Part shown: piece by piece, positions 10,464 through 20,845 of the stretch
How the letters are laid out: each line of letters begins with the position of its first letter
How positions within the stretch are numbered: the stretch's first letter is position 1
DNA from: Dehalococcoidia bacterium
Lineage (GTDB): Bacteria > Chloroflexota > Dehalococcoidia > UBA6926
Reading direction: 5' to 3'
DNA: 64,000 nt
NCBI GenBank assembly: GCA_963666115.2
Contig: CAXXET010000006.1
Span: 32,001 to 96,000, forward strand
Position numbers and translations under genes: made by a program
Notes under the pieces: model-generated
The model's database searches: none
Seen by the model: the letters and a program-made list of their open reading frames with translations, nothing else
What the model was told of the DNA's origin: nothing

Positions 10464-11606
10464 CTATTCCTCCGACCAACCTGCGAAGAATTCCATGTCT
10501 TTATCGAATTGGTCGAAGAACCCTTCCGGCCACTGGTCGATATTCCCCGCATCATCGATTGACGGGCTCAGCACCTGCGGTTCGCTATCCGACCGTGCCC
10601 TGAAGAAGTGGATGCCCACCGAGTCAGCAGGAATGCGCTTGTTCTTGACCGCGCGACGGATGCCGTTGAGCACGTGATCACTATGCGTCTCAACGAGAAC
10701 CTGGATGCCCGCTCCCGCAACGTCGGCTAGAAACTGTCCCATTAGGGCTTGACCGGCAGGATGAAGGTGAATTTCAGGGTTCTCGATCAGTAGAAGATCG
10801 CCCTTCTGCGCCGACAGCGCCGCGACGATAATTGGCAAGACCTGCGTCAGGCCGAACCCGGTATGAATGGGGCTATGAAATTCTGTTGCATCCGATGTGC
10901 GCAATCCCAGCGCCACGGCGTGTACCTGGGGCACCTGACCCAAACTAAGTCTAAAGCCTGGGAAGAGTGTTCTCATACGTTCCTCGACTTGCCGAAGGCG
11001 CGTTGGAGGTACACTTTCGATAACGAGCTCATCGATTACGGGATCATTCCGTCCCCAATGCAGTACGCTTACCGCACGTTCCCCCCGAGGGCCAACTCCG
11101 CGAACGGTACCGGAGTCTTCTAGGAAATAAGCCCCTTGGGGCGCAATCCGTTCCGCAGTGATATAGGACAGGCGGCGCAAACGCTCTATAAGAGGATTGA
11201 TCGACTCCGGGGTTTCCCGCGGGAGTAGGAAGCGGAGCTCGGCTGGATGATCCGACCGTTCGCCATTCGCCGTGATTTGCCCAACCGACATGGACATTTC
11301 ACCGCGTTCGCCAATGAACCTCCAATCAAGCTCAGCGTCCTCGTCTTGCACGGCAATCGAGAATTCGTTTGTGCCCTGCAGCCCATCGACCACGTCGGAG
11401 ACCGTCCCCATACGAATGGAGGAACCATTCAGGGCCAGCCGCGTTGCCCATTCCTGTTCCTGCATCGTCTGGTGCAACAAGACAAGCGCCTGCAAGACGG
11501 ACGACTTGCCCGACGAGTTCTGGCCTGTAAGGAGAGTCAGCGGGGTCAAGGGCAGTTGCAGTATCTCAAAGCACTTGAACAGCCGTAGGTCGACTCTAGT
11601 CAGCAT
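10464..11606 (-). CDS. ABC-type ATPase with DUF3696 C-terminus (Menshen NsnB-like)
   Basis: Walker A GQNSSGKSS, GFGLTQVLPI, IENPEIHLHP, ETHSDH, C-terminal IDQWPEGFFDQ. Confidence 0.88.
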   Translation of the reverse strand: MLTRVDLRLFKCFEILQLPLTPLTLLTGQNSSGKSSVLQALVLLHQTMQEQEWATRLALNGSSIRMGTVSDVVDGLQGTNEFSIAVQDEDAELDWRFIGERGEMSMSVGQITANGERSDHPAELRFLLPRETPESINPLIERLRRLSYITAERIAPQGAYFLEDSGTVRGVGPRGERAVSVLHWGRNDPVIDELVIESVPPTRLRQVEERMRTLFPGFRLSLGQVPQVHAVALGLRTSDATEFHSPIHTGFGLTQVLPIIVAALSAQKGDLLLIENPEIHLHPAGQALMGQFLADVAGAGIQVLVETHSDHVLNGIRRAVKNKRIPADSVGIHFFRARSDSEPQVLSPSIDDAGNIDQWPEGFFDQFDKDMEFFAGWSEE

Positions 11607-12732
11607 TGAGTACCTCTTCCAGCATCTCGTGAGCCTCAGTGAATCGATAATTGACTTGCCCTACTCCATTCGTGGCGTATGTGATGGAATACGAGAAATC
11701 CTCATCCTCTAGCAAACGAACCAAGGCCCTTCGCAGATGCGGTGCCCGCTGCTTTACAACCTCTTCAGAATACTGGGACAACCCTGTGGACATGACATCC
11801 CACAGTGAAGCGTTCAGTACGCCACGATTCTCTTGTCCAAGTGAATGCTTGCGGAAGGCGTGCTTGCCAAAAACATGGTAGTTGTTCTTCAAGCTCTTTG
11901 CGAATGCTTCAGACAGGTTCGGCAACATACTCGGATCGCGGTTCATCTTGATCAATACGTTAGCCAAAAAATCGTCCATATCTTTGTATTCGCCAAGGCC
12001 TAGTATCTGAAAGGCACAGAACCGGTTGACAAACTCTCGATCCCGCATCGTAGTCTGCTTGAGACTCTTTCCGGTCGCTTGAAGGAAGAGCTCTGTTCTT
12101 GATTCTGCCTTCAAGAATCGAGTTGCCTCACCCATGTATAGGGAATTGCGCATTTGCTGACGAGTAAGCGGGACTCCACTGTTTACTCGCTCGAAAATGT
12201 CAAGTCTGGCTTGCGGGGGAACTTTGGAGTCGATTATGTAAAGAACCAAGTTAAAGTCTCCGACTCGTGTTTGTAGCTTAGGAGAGAGGTCCTTGAATTT
12301 CTTCCGATGCAGTTCGTTCCTATCCTCTAGACGAAGCGTGAGTTCATTGTTCATGAACCTCTGGAACGTAGAAAGTCTCTGCAAGCCATCGACGACAATC
12401 ATTCGCCCTTGCTCATCCTCCGCTAGGTAGAAAACCGGGAGTGGTATGCGCATCATTACTGATTCGATTAGCTTGCTTTGCTGTACCTCGTTCCAAACAA
12501 GTTCGCGCTGGAAGTCCGGATCCATGACAAACATGCCTTGCTTGATCCGCCGCAACACGTCATCCACCGTGCGTTGTTCATGCCGAATGAGCATCGTGTC
12601 GATGGGGTAATCGCCCCATTCCGATGGCCGATTGTCCTCCAAGCCTTCAACATCATCGTCCACGTCTCGCTCGATTGTCCCTACCATCATGTCCTCGCTA
12701 ACCGTTGTTCGCCAAGTTCGTTTCTCTTGCAT
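11596..12732 (-). CDS. DUF262 (ParB/Srx-like) domain protein (Menshen NsnA-like)
   Basis: PDFQRELVW, LIES...RIPLP, VVDGLQRL, IFERVNSG; overlaps the ATPase start. Confidence 0.88.
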   Translation of the reverse strand: MQEKRTWRTTVSEDMMVGTIERDVDDDVEGLEDNRPSEWGDYPIDTMLIRHEQRTVDDVLRRIKQGMFVMDPDFQRELVWNEVQQSKLIESVMMRIPLPVFYLAEDEQGRMIVVDGLQRLSTFQRFMNNELTLRLEDRNELHRKKFKDLSPKLQTRVGDFNLVLYIIDSKVPPQARLDIFERVNSGVPLTRQQMRNSLYMGEATRFLKAESRTELFLQATGKSLKQTTMRDREFVNRFCAFQILGLGEYKDMDDFLANVLIKMNRDPSMLPNLSEAFAKSLKNNYHVFGKHAFRKHSLGQENRGVLNASLWDVMSTGLSQYSEEVVKQRAPHLRRALVRLLEDEDFSYSITYATNGVGQVNYRFTEAHEMLEEVLNAD

Positions 12733-12826
12733 TGTATACGAGTCGGCAAGGTTCGGCGGGGCTGTAGGCCGTACAATGCGTGGCGGAGTTTCTTAGTTGC
12801 CCTCCAGTGGCTCGCCCCGCCGTGCT

Positions 12827-13708
12827 CTACTCCGCCCGCCGCACCCGCACCACCCGCGCTATCCCGGCTAAATCCAGCGCCATATCCACCTCGGTGCCCG
12901 CCGGAAAGACCTCCCTGGCAACGTCCACCATCAACGGCGCCTGCCCGTACCCAACCTCCATCAGCAGGCGCCCGCCGGGGCGTATGTATAGGGGCGCGCC
13001 GCGAACGAGCCGTTCGGCGACCGTCATTCCACCCGCGCCGCCGTCCACCGCCACACGTGGCTCATGATCCCGTATCTCCGCCTGGAGTCCAGGGAGATTC
13101 TCCGCCGGGATATACGGCGGATTGGCGATGATGATGTCCACCGGCCCGGAAAGCGGCTCAAGCAAATCACCTGTAGTGAATGTGATTCGATCCGCCACCC
13201 CATGCCGCTCCGCGTTGGCCAGCGCGACCTCCAGCGCCTCAGCCGAAATGTCCGTCGCAATGAATCGCGCCTCTGTAAGCGCCGTCGCCGTCGCCACAAC
13301 GATGCAGCCGGAACCGGTTCCGATGTCGGCAATCAGCAGCCCCGTGCCTTTGCCGTGTACATCTCCCATGTCCGCGACCGCCGAGACAGCCTCTTCAACG
13401 AGGAGTTCGGTCTCCGGGCGAGGAATAAGCGCCCGCGCGTCCACGTAGAATGGCAGGCCATAGAACTCGCGCTCTCCTGTGATATAGAAGAGCGGCTCAC
13501 GGTTCAGCCGCCGCCCCAGCGCCTCTCGAAACCGCGTCTCCGTGTCTGCCGAGACGGCCTGATCAGGCTCCATCAATAGCGAATCGGGGGAAACGTCAAG
13601 CGCATGGGCAAGAAGTAGCCGCGCCTCAAGCGCAGCCGAATCGATTCCCGCCGCCTGTAGTTGGGCGCGCGCCTCGGTGAGCAGCGCGCGGGCCGGAGTC
13701 GAACTCAA
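12827..13708 (-). CDS. prmC: Peptide chain release factor N5-glutamine methyltransferase
   Basis: [29 protein letters not shown]; follows prfA. Confidence 0.96.
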   Translation of the reverse strand: MSSTPARALLTEARAQLQAAGIDSAALEARLLLAHALDVSPDSLLMEPDQAVSADTETRFREALGRRLNREPLFYITGEREFYGLPFYVDARALIPRPETELLVEEAVSAVADMGDVHGKGTGLLIADIGTGSGCIVVATATALTEARFIATDISAEALEVALANAERHGVADRITFTTGDLLEPLSGPVDIIIANPPYIPAENLPGLQAEIRDHEPRVAVDGGAGGMTVAERLVRGAPLYIRPGGRLLMEVGYGQAPLMVDVAREVFPAGTEVDMALDLAGIARVVRVRRAE

Positions 13709-14817
13709 GAGACCGATTCGGCCAGCAGCCGTTCCTGTTCAGCAGCGCGCAACGCGTCCAGCAGCGGATTCAACTCCCCGTCGGTCAACTTGTCGAGCGC
13801 ATGCAGCGTCAGCCCGATGCGGTGATCCGTCACGCGATTCTGCGGGAAGTTGTAGGTGCGAATCTTCTCGGATCGATCCCCCGTCCCCACCTGCGAGCGC
13901 CGCGTGCTCGCCAACTCCTGCTCCTGCTTCTGTGTCTCGATTTCCAGCAGGCGCGCCCGCAGAATAGCGATGGCTTTCGTCCGGTTCTGAAGCTGCGACC
14001 GCTCGTCCTGGCACGTCACGACGATGCCCGTCGGCGCGTGCGTCATCCGTATCGCCGTCGCCACCTTGTTCACGTTCTGGCCGCCCGCGCCGCCGGCATG
14101 GAACACGTCCACTCGCACGTCTGCCATGTTCAGTTCGACGTCCACTTCTTCCGCCACCGGCAGTACGGCCACCGTCGCCGTTGACGTATGAATGCGCCCC
14201 TGTGATTCCGTCTCCGGCACGCGCTGAACGCGATGTACCCCGGACTCATGCTTCAGCCACGCGTACGCTGACGCGCCCTGGACGCCGAACGTGACCTCCT
14301 TGAGGCCCCCGCCGCCCGTCTCGTTGGTGTTCATCAAGTCCGTCGACCACCCGCGCGACTGCGCATAGCGCGTGTACATGCGGAAGAGGTCTCCCGCGAA
14401 CAGCGCCGCCTCATCGCCGCCTGCTCCGGCGCGAATCTCCACGATGATGTCGCGGTCATCAAGCGGATCGCGCGGCGTCAGCGCAAGGCGCAGTTCATGC
14501 TCGAGGTCCTGCGCCGTCGCCGCCAGTTCCTCAGCCTCCGCCGCCGCCAAACCGGCCATTTCCTCGTCGCCGCCCTCAACCAACTCTCGCGCCTGTTGCA
14601 GATCGTCCAGGATCTTCTTGTAACGCCGGAACGATGTCACCGTCGGCTCCAGCGACGCCCGCTGGCGCGACAGTCCCTCCAGCCGCTTGTAATCGGCGGC
14701 AACGTCCGGCTGGGCCATCTCGGCCTCAAGATCCTCGAATCTGCCTTCGAGAACCTCAAGCGGTCCGATGATGGCAGCGTTGCCCAACCCGGAAGAATCG
14801 TCTGATTGATTGGTCAT
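13705..14817 (-). CDS. prfA: Peptide chain release factor 1
   Basis: [30 protein letters not shown] (GGQ), [10 protein letters not shown]. Confidence 0.97.
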   Translation of the reverse strand: MTNQSDDSSGLGNAAIIGPLEVLEGRFEDLEAEMAQPDVAADYKRLEGLSRQRASLEPTVTSFRRYKKILDDLQQARELVEGGDEEMAGLAAAEAEELAATAQDLEHELRLALTPRDPLDDRDIIVEIRAGAGGDEAALFAGDLFRMYTRYAQSRGWSTDLMNTNETGGGGLKEVTFGVQGASAYAWLKHESGVHRVQRVPETESQGRIHTSTATVAVLPVAEEVDVELNMADVRVDVFHAGGAGGQNVNKVATAIRMTHAPTGIVVTCQDERSQLQNRTKAIAILRARLLEIETQKQEQELASTRRSQVGTGDRSEKIRTYNFPQNRVTDHRIGLTLHALDKLTDGELNPLLDALRAAEQERLLAESVS

Positions 14818-15650
14818 TGCAGCGTCCGCGCCTTGGCAACCATCTCCCGCACGCGGTCCCGGTCGACGGGCGCTTCCGTCACCCCGTCGACCTTAAGTGC
14901 CGTTCCGAGGATCGCCCCGTCCGAGAGCGGCAGCAGCTCGCCGACGTTGCCCGCGTCAAGCCCGCTGCCGATCAGAATCGGCCTGTCCGGCGTTGCGGTG
15001 CGAGCTCGCCACAGATCATCCGCGGATGTCGCCGCGCCGGTCTCATCGCCCGTCACGATCAGCGCGTCTGCCAGCCCTCGATACGCCGTTGACCGCGCCT
15101 CCAACTCCATCACCACGCCCGCGCCGACCGGATAGGCGTGCTTGCTCATCACGTCGGCAAAGATCGGCGTGCCGATGCCAAGCAGCCGGCGCTCGCGCAG
15201 CGCCTCGTACGCCGCTCCTTCGATAATGCCTTGGTCTGTCACCAAGGCCCCCGTCAAGACGTTCGTCCGCACAAAAGCCGCGCCGGTCGACGCCGCAATC
15301 GACAGCGCGGAGACAACATCGGCTCGCAGCACGTTGATGCCCACCCGGATGCGCGATTCCTGGTCGACCTCCCGCACCACGCCGTGAACGGCCAGAACGC
15401 CGATGGTCATTGCCGAAATCGTGGCGGGATGAACGCGCCCCGCCGCGTACGGAGCATCGCCAAAATTCTCCACGATGATGCCGTCGATGCCCTCTTCAGA
15501 GAGCACACGCGCATCATCCATGGCCCGCTTGATCACGTCATCGATGTTGCCACCCCACCGCGGCGTGCCGGGCAACGGCGCAAGATGCACCATCCCAATC
15601 AACGGGCGTGGAACGTGAAAAAGCTCGGCAAACTGATTCATAGCTGTCAT
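14814..15650 (-). CDS. BtpA/SgcQ family protein
   Basis: [37 protein letters not shown]. Confidence 0.92.
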   Translation of the reverse strand: MTAMNQFAELFHVPRPLIGMVHLAPLPGTPRWGGNIDDVIKRAMDDARVLSEEGIDGIIVENFGDAPYAAGRVHPATISAMTIGVLAVHGVVREVDQESRIRVGINVLRADVVSALSIAASTGAAFVRTNVLTGALVTDQGIIEGAAYEALRERRLLGIGTPIFADVMSKHAYPVGAGVVMELEARSTAYRGLADALIVTGDETGAATSADDLWRARTATPDRPILIGSGLDAGNVGELLPLSDGAILGTALKVDGVTEAPVDRDRVREMVAKARTLQ

Positions 15651-15657
15651 GCCGTCA

Positions 15658-15663
15658 AGTCTA
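15658..15663 (-). promoter_or_regulatory. -10 hexamer TAGACT 7 nt upstream of the btpA-like ATG (leaderless-type promoter)
   Basis: Minus strand reads TAGACT-tgacggc-ATG with no Shine-Dalgarno. Confidence 0.55.
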
Positions 15664-15781
15664 TGGTCGCGTCGTGGTGGGCGGCAAGGGCAGGGCGCGC
15701 CCCGTTACAATCAAGAGACCATGTCACGCGCAGCATTCATCATTCCGAAAGTGACCGCGCCAACTCCGCTGGCATAATTCG

Positions 15782-16465
15782 ATGACCGCCCACAATCCCG
15801 CTCGCGCCAACTATGACGTTGTCATATTCGACCTTGACGGCACCCTGATCGATTCCCGCATCGGCATCCACTCCTCCGTGCTCCACGCGCTCATGGAGAT
15901 GGGCGTTCCCGCCGTTGACCAAGAGTTGCTCTCCCAATTCATTGGCCCGCCGCTGATCGACTCATTTCAATCGGTCTGTGGCATGAACAAACCCGATGCC
16001 GAGCGCGCCGTGGCCGTCTACAAAGACTACTTCGCCGTTGAGGGCATCAAGGGCTTCGAAGTCTACGAGGGCGTGCCTGAGATGCTATGGCTCCTGCGAG
16101 CCAGCGGTGTCACCATGGCCATCGCCACCACCAAGGACGAAGTCTTCGCCCGCGAAATCGCCCTCAACGCTGACTTCCTGCCCTTCCTGGAGGCCGTCAT
16201 CGGCAGTGACCCAGACGGCATCATGCTCCGCAAACCGGACCTAATCGCCGCCGCCCTCTCCGCCCTCGGCCTCCCCAATCCATCATCCTCCCGCATCGTC
16301 ATGGTCGGCGACCACGCCCTCGACATCCTCGGCGCAAAGGCCAACAACATAGCCTCAATAGCCGTCACCTACGGCTTCGGCAAGGATGAGGAATTATGGC
16401 AAGCAGAGCCTGACTACTTGGCGGACTCGGTAACCGAACTGAGAAACCTGCTGCTGGGTGTCTAG
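15782..16465 (+). CDS. HAD-family hydrolase (phosphoglycolate phosphatase/5'-nucleotidase-like)
   Basis: IFDLDGTLIDS, IATTK, MVGD...DI.GA. Confidence 0.92.
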   Translation: MTAHNPARANYDVVIFDLDGTLIDSRIGIHSSVLHALMEMGVPAVDQELLSQFIGPPLIDSFQSVCGMNKPDAERAVAVYKDYFAVEGIKGFEVYEGVPEMLWLLRASGVTMAIATTKDEVFAREIALNADFLPFLEAVIGSDPDGIMLRKPDLIAAALSALGLPNPSSSRIVMVGDHALDILGAKANNIASIAVTYGFGKDEELWQAEPDYLADSVTELRNLLLGV

Positions 16466-16478
16466 CAGCAGACAAAAG

Positions 16479-16838
16479 CTAAGCGTTCAGCAGCCCGCGC
16501 GGAACCAGTTTCTCGCCCAACGGGTCAACCATTAGCTCCATGCCTTCAAGCGCATATGCACCCAATAGTACCGGCCCATCGTCACTTCCAAATGCGACGA
16601 TGGTTGGCACGGAACGTCCGCCATTCAGCGAAACAAACGCGAATCCAATGGCCTTCTCTCCGGTGCGGCCGTCCGCGAAGACGAATCGTGTTTCTCCTAC
16701 GCGCCTCACGCCCAAGCCGTCGAGAACAGACGACGGCAGGATGCTGTAAAAGGCGCCGGTATCAACGAGCGCCTCTAGCTCGGCTTCATCCTGCCCTTCC
16801 AGGCTGGATACATGAATAGTCGTCTCAAAAGTACTCAT
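16479..16838 (-). CDS. Clan AA (retropepsin-like) aspartyl protease
   Basis: ALVDTGA catalytic motif, ADG, LLGA.ALE. Confidence 0.85.
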   Translation of the reverse strand: MSTFETTIHVSSLEGQDEAELEALVDTGAFYSILPSSVLDGLGVRRVGETRFVFADGRTGEKAIGFAFVSLNGGRSVPTIVAFGSDDGPVLLGAYALEGMELMVDPLGEKLVPRGLLNA

Positions 16839-16844
16839 ACGACA

Positions 16845-16850
16845 ATTCTA
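16845..16850 (-). promoter_or_regulatory. -10 hexamer TAGAAT 6 nt upstream of the aspartyl protease ATG (leaderless-type promoter)
   Basis: Minus strand reads TAGAAT-tgtcgt-ATG with no Shine-Dalgarno. Confidence 0.6.
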
Positions 16851-16866
16851 CACGCGGTTGCCCACC

Positions 16867-18252
16867 TCACGGAATGGACGGATCGTAGTCCATCCCGATG
16901 TGGCCCTTCTTGTCGAACTCCGTGTACTCCTCGTCCGTGTAGCCCAGCACCGACTTGTAGATGTACTCGTTGTCCTCACCCAAGCGTGGCGAGTGCCGGC
17001 GAGGTCCAACCCCCGGATTATTCATCGACTTGAACGGCGTCATCGGCGTCTTGTGCGTCCCCGCCTCAGGATGCGTCACCCGCGCGAAGAACCCCCGGTG
17101 CTCCAGGTGCCGATCCTCAATAGCGTCCCGCTCATTCATCACCGCTCCGGACGGCACTCCAACTAGCTGAAGCTGATCCATGACCCATGAGGCATGCTTG
17201 TCCGCCGTCCACGCCCCGATGATGGCGTCCAGTTCCGCCCGGTTCTTGTAGCGTGATTCGTTGTCCGTGAAGCGCGGGTCGTCCGCAAGCTCGGGCTGGC
17301 GCATCCTGGCGCACAACGCGCGCCACTGCTCCTCGTTCCGGCATGCAATCGTCACCCACTGATCCTCGCCCTGCGTCCGATACACGTTGTGCGGCGCAAG
17401 ATAAAAATGGTTATTCCCCATCTGTGTCCACACCCGCCCGTTCATGCTGTAGTCCATGATGAAATCGCCCAGCAGCGGCACGAAGTTCTCTGCCGTCGGC
17501 GCCTCGATCAGCAGCCCCTTGCCGGTGCGCCTGAGGTATCGCTTGCCCATCAGGAACGCGAGTGTTGCCCCTATCCCGCTTGCCGCGTCCGACGGCACGC
17601 CCGCCGGCGCGTATTCCGGCGACAAGTCGGGATACGTGCGAATCAGCGGATGCCCTGAGATGGCCTCCATGTGGTTGCCCCACGTGCGGTAGCCCTTGTA
17701 CGGCCCGTCCAGCCCGAACGCTGGCATCCGTATCATGATCAGCTTCGGGTTGATCTTCGAGAGCCGCTCCCACGTGATGCCCTGCCGTTCCATGCTCTGC
17801 GGCAGATTGTTCTCAACCAGCCCGTCCGAAACGGCCACCAGCCGCTCCAGCGCCTCCTGCCCCTCCTCCGTCCGCAGATTCACCGTCATCGATAGCTTGT
17901 TGCGGCCATGCGCGTTGAAAACGGCGCTCCGGTTCCACGGCCGCTCTCCCGGCTCGCTGTCCGGCATTCCCATTCCCATGCCCGTCTGTGCCTGGACCGT
18001 GGCCAACGCCGGGCGCGCCAGCATCCCCCTCGTCGTAGACGCGAAATGCGTCGTCGACTCGACCCGTATGATCTCCGCGCCCCAGTCCGCCAACTGCATC
18101 GTCCCATACGGACCGGCGAACACAACCGTAAAGTCGATGATCCGCAGCCCCGCCAGCGGCAGGTCAGGATCAGGCCGCGTCGGGTTCCCCGGATTCGGCG
18201 CCCCTAGACGATTCACGCTTGAGTCATCCGCTGTCATGGCTGTCTGCTCCAT
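16867..18252 (-). CDS. CaiB/BaiF family III CoA-transferase (catalytic Asp present)
   Basis: LAGLRIID, AGPYGT..LADWGAEII, RNKLS, VPSDAASG, PRLGEDN. Confidence 0.93.
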   Translation of the reverse strand: MEQTAMTADDSSVNRLGAPNPGNPTRPDPDLPLAGLRIIDFTVVFAGPYGTMQLADWGAEIIRVESTTHFASTTRGMLARPALATVQAQTGMGMGMPDSEPGERPWNRSAVFNAHGRNKLSMTVNLRTEEGQEALERLVAVSDGLVENNLPQSMERQGITWERLSKINPKLIMIRMPAFGLDGPYKGYRTWGNHMEAISGHPLIRTYPDLSPEYAPAGVPSDAASGIGATLAFLMGKRYLRRTGKGLLIEAPTAENFVPLLGDFIMDYSMNGRVWTQMGNNHFYLAPHNVYRTQGEDQWVTIACRNEEQWRALCARMRQPELADDPRFTDNESRYKNRAELDAIIGAWTADKHASWVMDQLQLVGVPSGAVMNERDAIEDRHLEHRGFFARVTHPEAGTHKTPMTPFKSMNNPGVGPRRHSPRLGEDNEYIYKSVLGYTDEEYTEFDKKGHIGMDYDPSIP

Positions 18253-18254
18253 TC

Positions 18255-19487
18255 CTAAACGACGCCGTCCGATCGAAGGCCCGCGATGTCATCCGCGCTC
18301 AACCCAAGCTCTCCCAACACCTCGTCCGTATGCTCGCCGAGCAGGGGAGGACGCCGCCGTTTCGGAAAGTCCGTGCCCTCGCGGTGCATCCTGTTGTGGT
18401 AGCCCGGGTACTTGATCGGCCCCGTTGTCGGGTGGTCGATCTCCTGGAAATAGTTGCGGGCGACGAACTGCGGATTGTTAATGAGGTCTTCGATCGTGTT
18501 AAGAGGCCCGCCCAGCACCGCGAACTCCTCGCATGCCGCCCGCACCTCTTCCTTGCTCCGTTCCAGCGTCCACGGGATGATGTGCGCCAAAAACTCGTCG
18601 ATGCGGTCCGGATTCGCGCGCCCCTCCGGCGTCCCCCACTCCGGCTGCTCCAGCAACTCCTCCATGCCGATCATCCGGATGATGTTGGGGATGAACCGCG
18701 GCCCGCCCGTCATCAGGAAATAGCCGTCCGAGCATGGATGCACGCCGCCGCCCACTGCCACCGCGCGTCCCGGCCGCGTCCCAAGATGCCCCGTGTATTG
18801 GTAGCCCATCAGCCGCCCGAGTCGCATATCGATGGAGTGCATGGCCGCCTCAAAGATGCTCACGTCCATGTAGTCGCCGTCCGCGTCGCGGAACTCCACC
18901 TGGAACAGACCCAATGCCGATGCCAGCGCGGCGGCGTATCCCGCGTGGTAGCTGACCATGCGCCCCGCCGTCTTGAGCGGCTCGTTATCCACGTCGCCGG
19001 AGCTGATCATGCTCCCGCCCATCGCGTAGAGGTTCAGTTCGATGCCGATATAGTCCCTGTACGGCCCGTCCTGCCCGTAGTTGGAGATGGACGTCATCAC
19101 CAGCTTGGGATTGATCTTCTTGAGGTCCTCATAGCCCAGCCCAAGAGCCTCCATCGTGCCCGGCGAAAAACTCTCCACCACAATCTGCGCGCCCTTAACA
19201 AGCTCCTTGACGATCTCCTGCCCGCGCTCCGACTTGAGATCGAGGGTGATGGACCGCTTATTGGTGTTCAGGAACATGAACAGCCCGCTGCGCTCCAACC
19301 CCGGCTCGTCCTTGTAGAACGGCGGCATGGAGCGCGTGGGATCGCCCGTCCCCGGCCGCTCGATCTTGATGACGTCCGCGCCGTAATCGCCAAGGATGCG
19401 TGTCCCGAACGGGCCGGATGTCATATGGGTCAGGTCGATGACCCGCACGTCGTCCAGCGGCATGATCGAGGTCGGTTCCAGTGTCAT
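18255..19487 (-). CDS. CaiB/BaiF family III CoA-transferase (catalytic Asp apparently absent)
   Basis: GADVIKIERP, NTNKRSITLDL, PLLGEHT; RMVSYHAG at the Asp position. Confidence 0.92.
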   Translation of the reverse strand: MTLEPTSIMPLDDVRVIDLTHMTSGPFGTRILGDYGADVIKIERPGTGDPTRSMPPFYKDEPGLERSGLFMFLNTNKRSITLDLKSERGQEIVKELVKGAQIVVESFSPGTMEALGLGYEDLKKINPKLVMTSISNYGQDGPYRDYIGIELNLYAMGGSMISSGDVDNEPLKTAGRMVSYHAGYAAALASALGLFQVEFRDADGDYMDVSIFEAAMHSIDMRLGRLMGYQYTGHLGTRPGRAVAVGGGVHPCSDGYFLMTGGPRFIPNIIRMIGMEELLEQPEWGTPEGRANPDRIDEFLAHIIPWTLERSKEEVRAACEEFAVLGGPLNTIEDLINNPQFVARNYFQEIDHPTTGPIKYPGYHNRMHREGTDFPKRRRPPLLGEHTDEVLGELGLSADDIAGLRSDGVV

Positions 19488-19523
19488 CGGCGCACTCCCC
19501 CAGTTCGAATCGCCCTGTACGGC

Positions 19524-20843
19524 CTAGTCCGCCGGGTCAAGGTCGTAATCCATTCCGATGTGGCCGGCGGCCTCATACTCCGCGTACTCGGCGTCAGAGA
19601 AACCGAGCAGCTCCTTGTACACGTACTCGTTGTCCTCGCCCATGCGCGGCGGCCCCCACCGGTGGCGCCGTGGCGTGTTCTTCGCAGTCCACAGCGTGCC
19701 CGTGTACAGGTGCGTCCCCACTTCCTCAGCCGTCAACTCCTCCCAGAAGCCGATGGCATCCATGTGCGGGTCCGCGTACGCGTCTGACTCCGCCATCACC
19801 GTCCCCGCGGCGATGCCGTGCTGCTGCAGGATGTTCATCGCCTCGATGGCGTCCTGCGTCACCGTCCACGTCATCAGTTCCGCGTCAAGCTCATCATGGT
19901 GCTGCTGCCGGCCCGCAACCGTCGCGAAGCGGTCATCGGACGCCAGGTCGGGCCGTTGCATCACCGTTCCGGCCAGCGCCCGCCATGCTTCGTCCGACTG
20001 CACGCTGATGGCGATCCAACGGTCGTCCCCCATGCACGGATACGCGCCCTGAGGGGCGTACTGCGGGTCTCGATTCCCCTGGTGTTCCGTGCGGAGGCCG
20101 TTCATGGAGTAGTCCATGAACTGGTCGCCGAGGTACGTCATGAAGTTTTCGGCAGTCGAGAGTTCGATGAACAGCCCCTCGCCCGTCTTCTCGCGGTGCC
20201 GCAGACCCGCGGAGAACGCCAGTGCCCCCGCCGCGCCTCCCGCCGCGTCCGCAGTCAGCGTATTGCCGGTCATATCAGGACTCTCGCCACGGTATCCCAT
20301 GAACGAGTAGTGGCCGACGACCGCCGCCATGTGGCTGCCGAACGTCCGGTAGTTCTTGTACGGGCCGTCGATGCCGAAAGCCGGCTGCCGGATCATGATG
20401 GCGCGCGGGTTCACCTCATGCACGCGCTCCCACGTGACGTTCACGCGCTCCATGCTGATGGGCACATTGTTTTCCATGACCCCGTCGGATATCCGCAGCA
20501 GGCGGTCGAAAACTTCCTGCCCCTCAGGACGCCGCAGATCCACGGTCATGCTCCGCTTGTTGCGCGCGTGCGCGTTGAACGATGCCCAGCGATTCCACGG
20601 CCTCTCACCGGGCTCATTGTCCGGGAACTGCGCGGACCCGCCCCCCAGGCTCGGCATTGCCCTGTCCGGGTAGGGCATCATGCCGCGCGTCGTTGGTGGG
20701 AAATGCTTGATGGATTCGATGCGAATGATCTCCGCGCCCCAGTCCGCCAGCAGCTGCGTGCCGTACGGCCCCGCCCACACGACGGTGATGTCCAGTATGC
20801 GCACGCCCTCCAGGGGCAGCCGGCGTGATCCGGTGCTTACCAT
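19524..20843 (-). CDS. CaiB/BaiF family III CoA-transferase (catalytic Asp present)
   Basis: PLEGVRILD, WAGPYGT, RNKRS, LTADAAGG, PRMGEDN. Confidence 0.93.
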   Translation of the reverse strand: MVSTGSRRLPLEGVRILDITVVWAGPYGTQLLADWGAEIIRIESIKHFPPTTRGMMPYPDRAMPSLGGGSAQFPDNEPGERPWNRWASFNAHARNKRSMTVDLRRPEGQEVFDRLLRISDGVMENNVPISMERVNVTWERVHEVNPRAIMIRQPAFGIDGPYKNYRTFGSHMAAVVGHYSFMGYRGESPDMTGNTLTADAAGGAAGALAFSAGLRHREKTGEGLFIELSTAENFMTYLGDQFMDYSMNGLRTEHQGNRDPQYAPQGAYPCMGDDRWIAISVQSDEAWRALAGTVMQRPDLASDDRFATVAGRQQHHDELDAELMTWTVTQDAIEAMNILQQHGIAAGTVMAESDAYADPHMDAIGFWEELTAEEVGTHLYTGTLWTAKNTPRRHRWGPPRMGEDNEYVYKELLGFSDAEYAEYEAAGHIGMDYDLDPAD

Positions 20844-20845
20844 TC

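Noticed and set aside
16479-16838. Retroelement origin of the aspartyl protease
   Set aside because: Stand-alone clan AA proteases are common in bacteria, and no reverse transcriptase or integrase is adjacent
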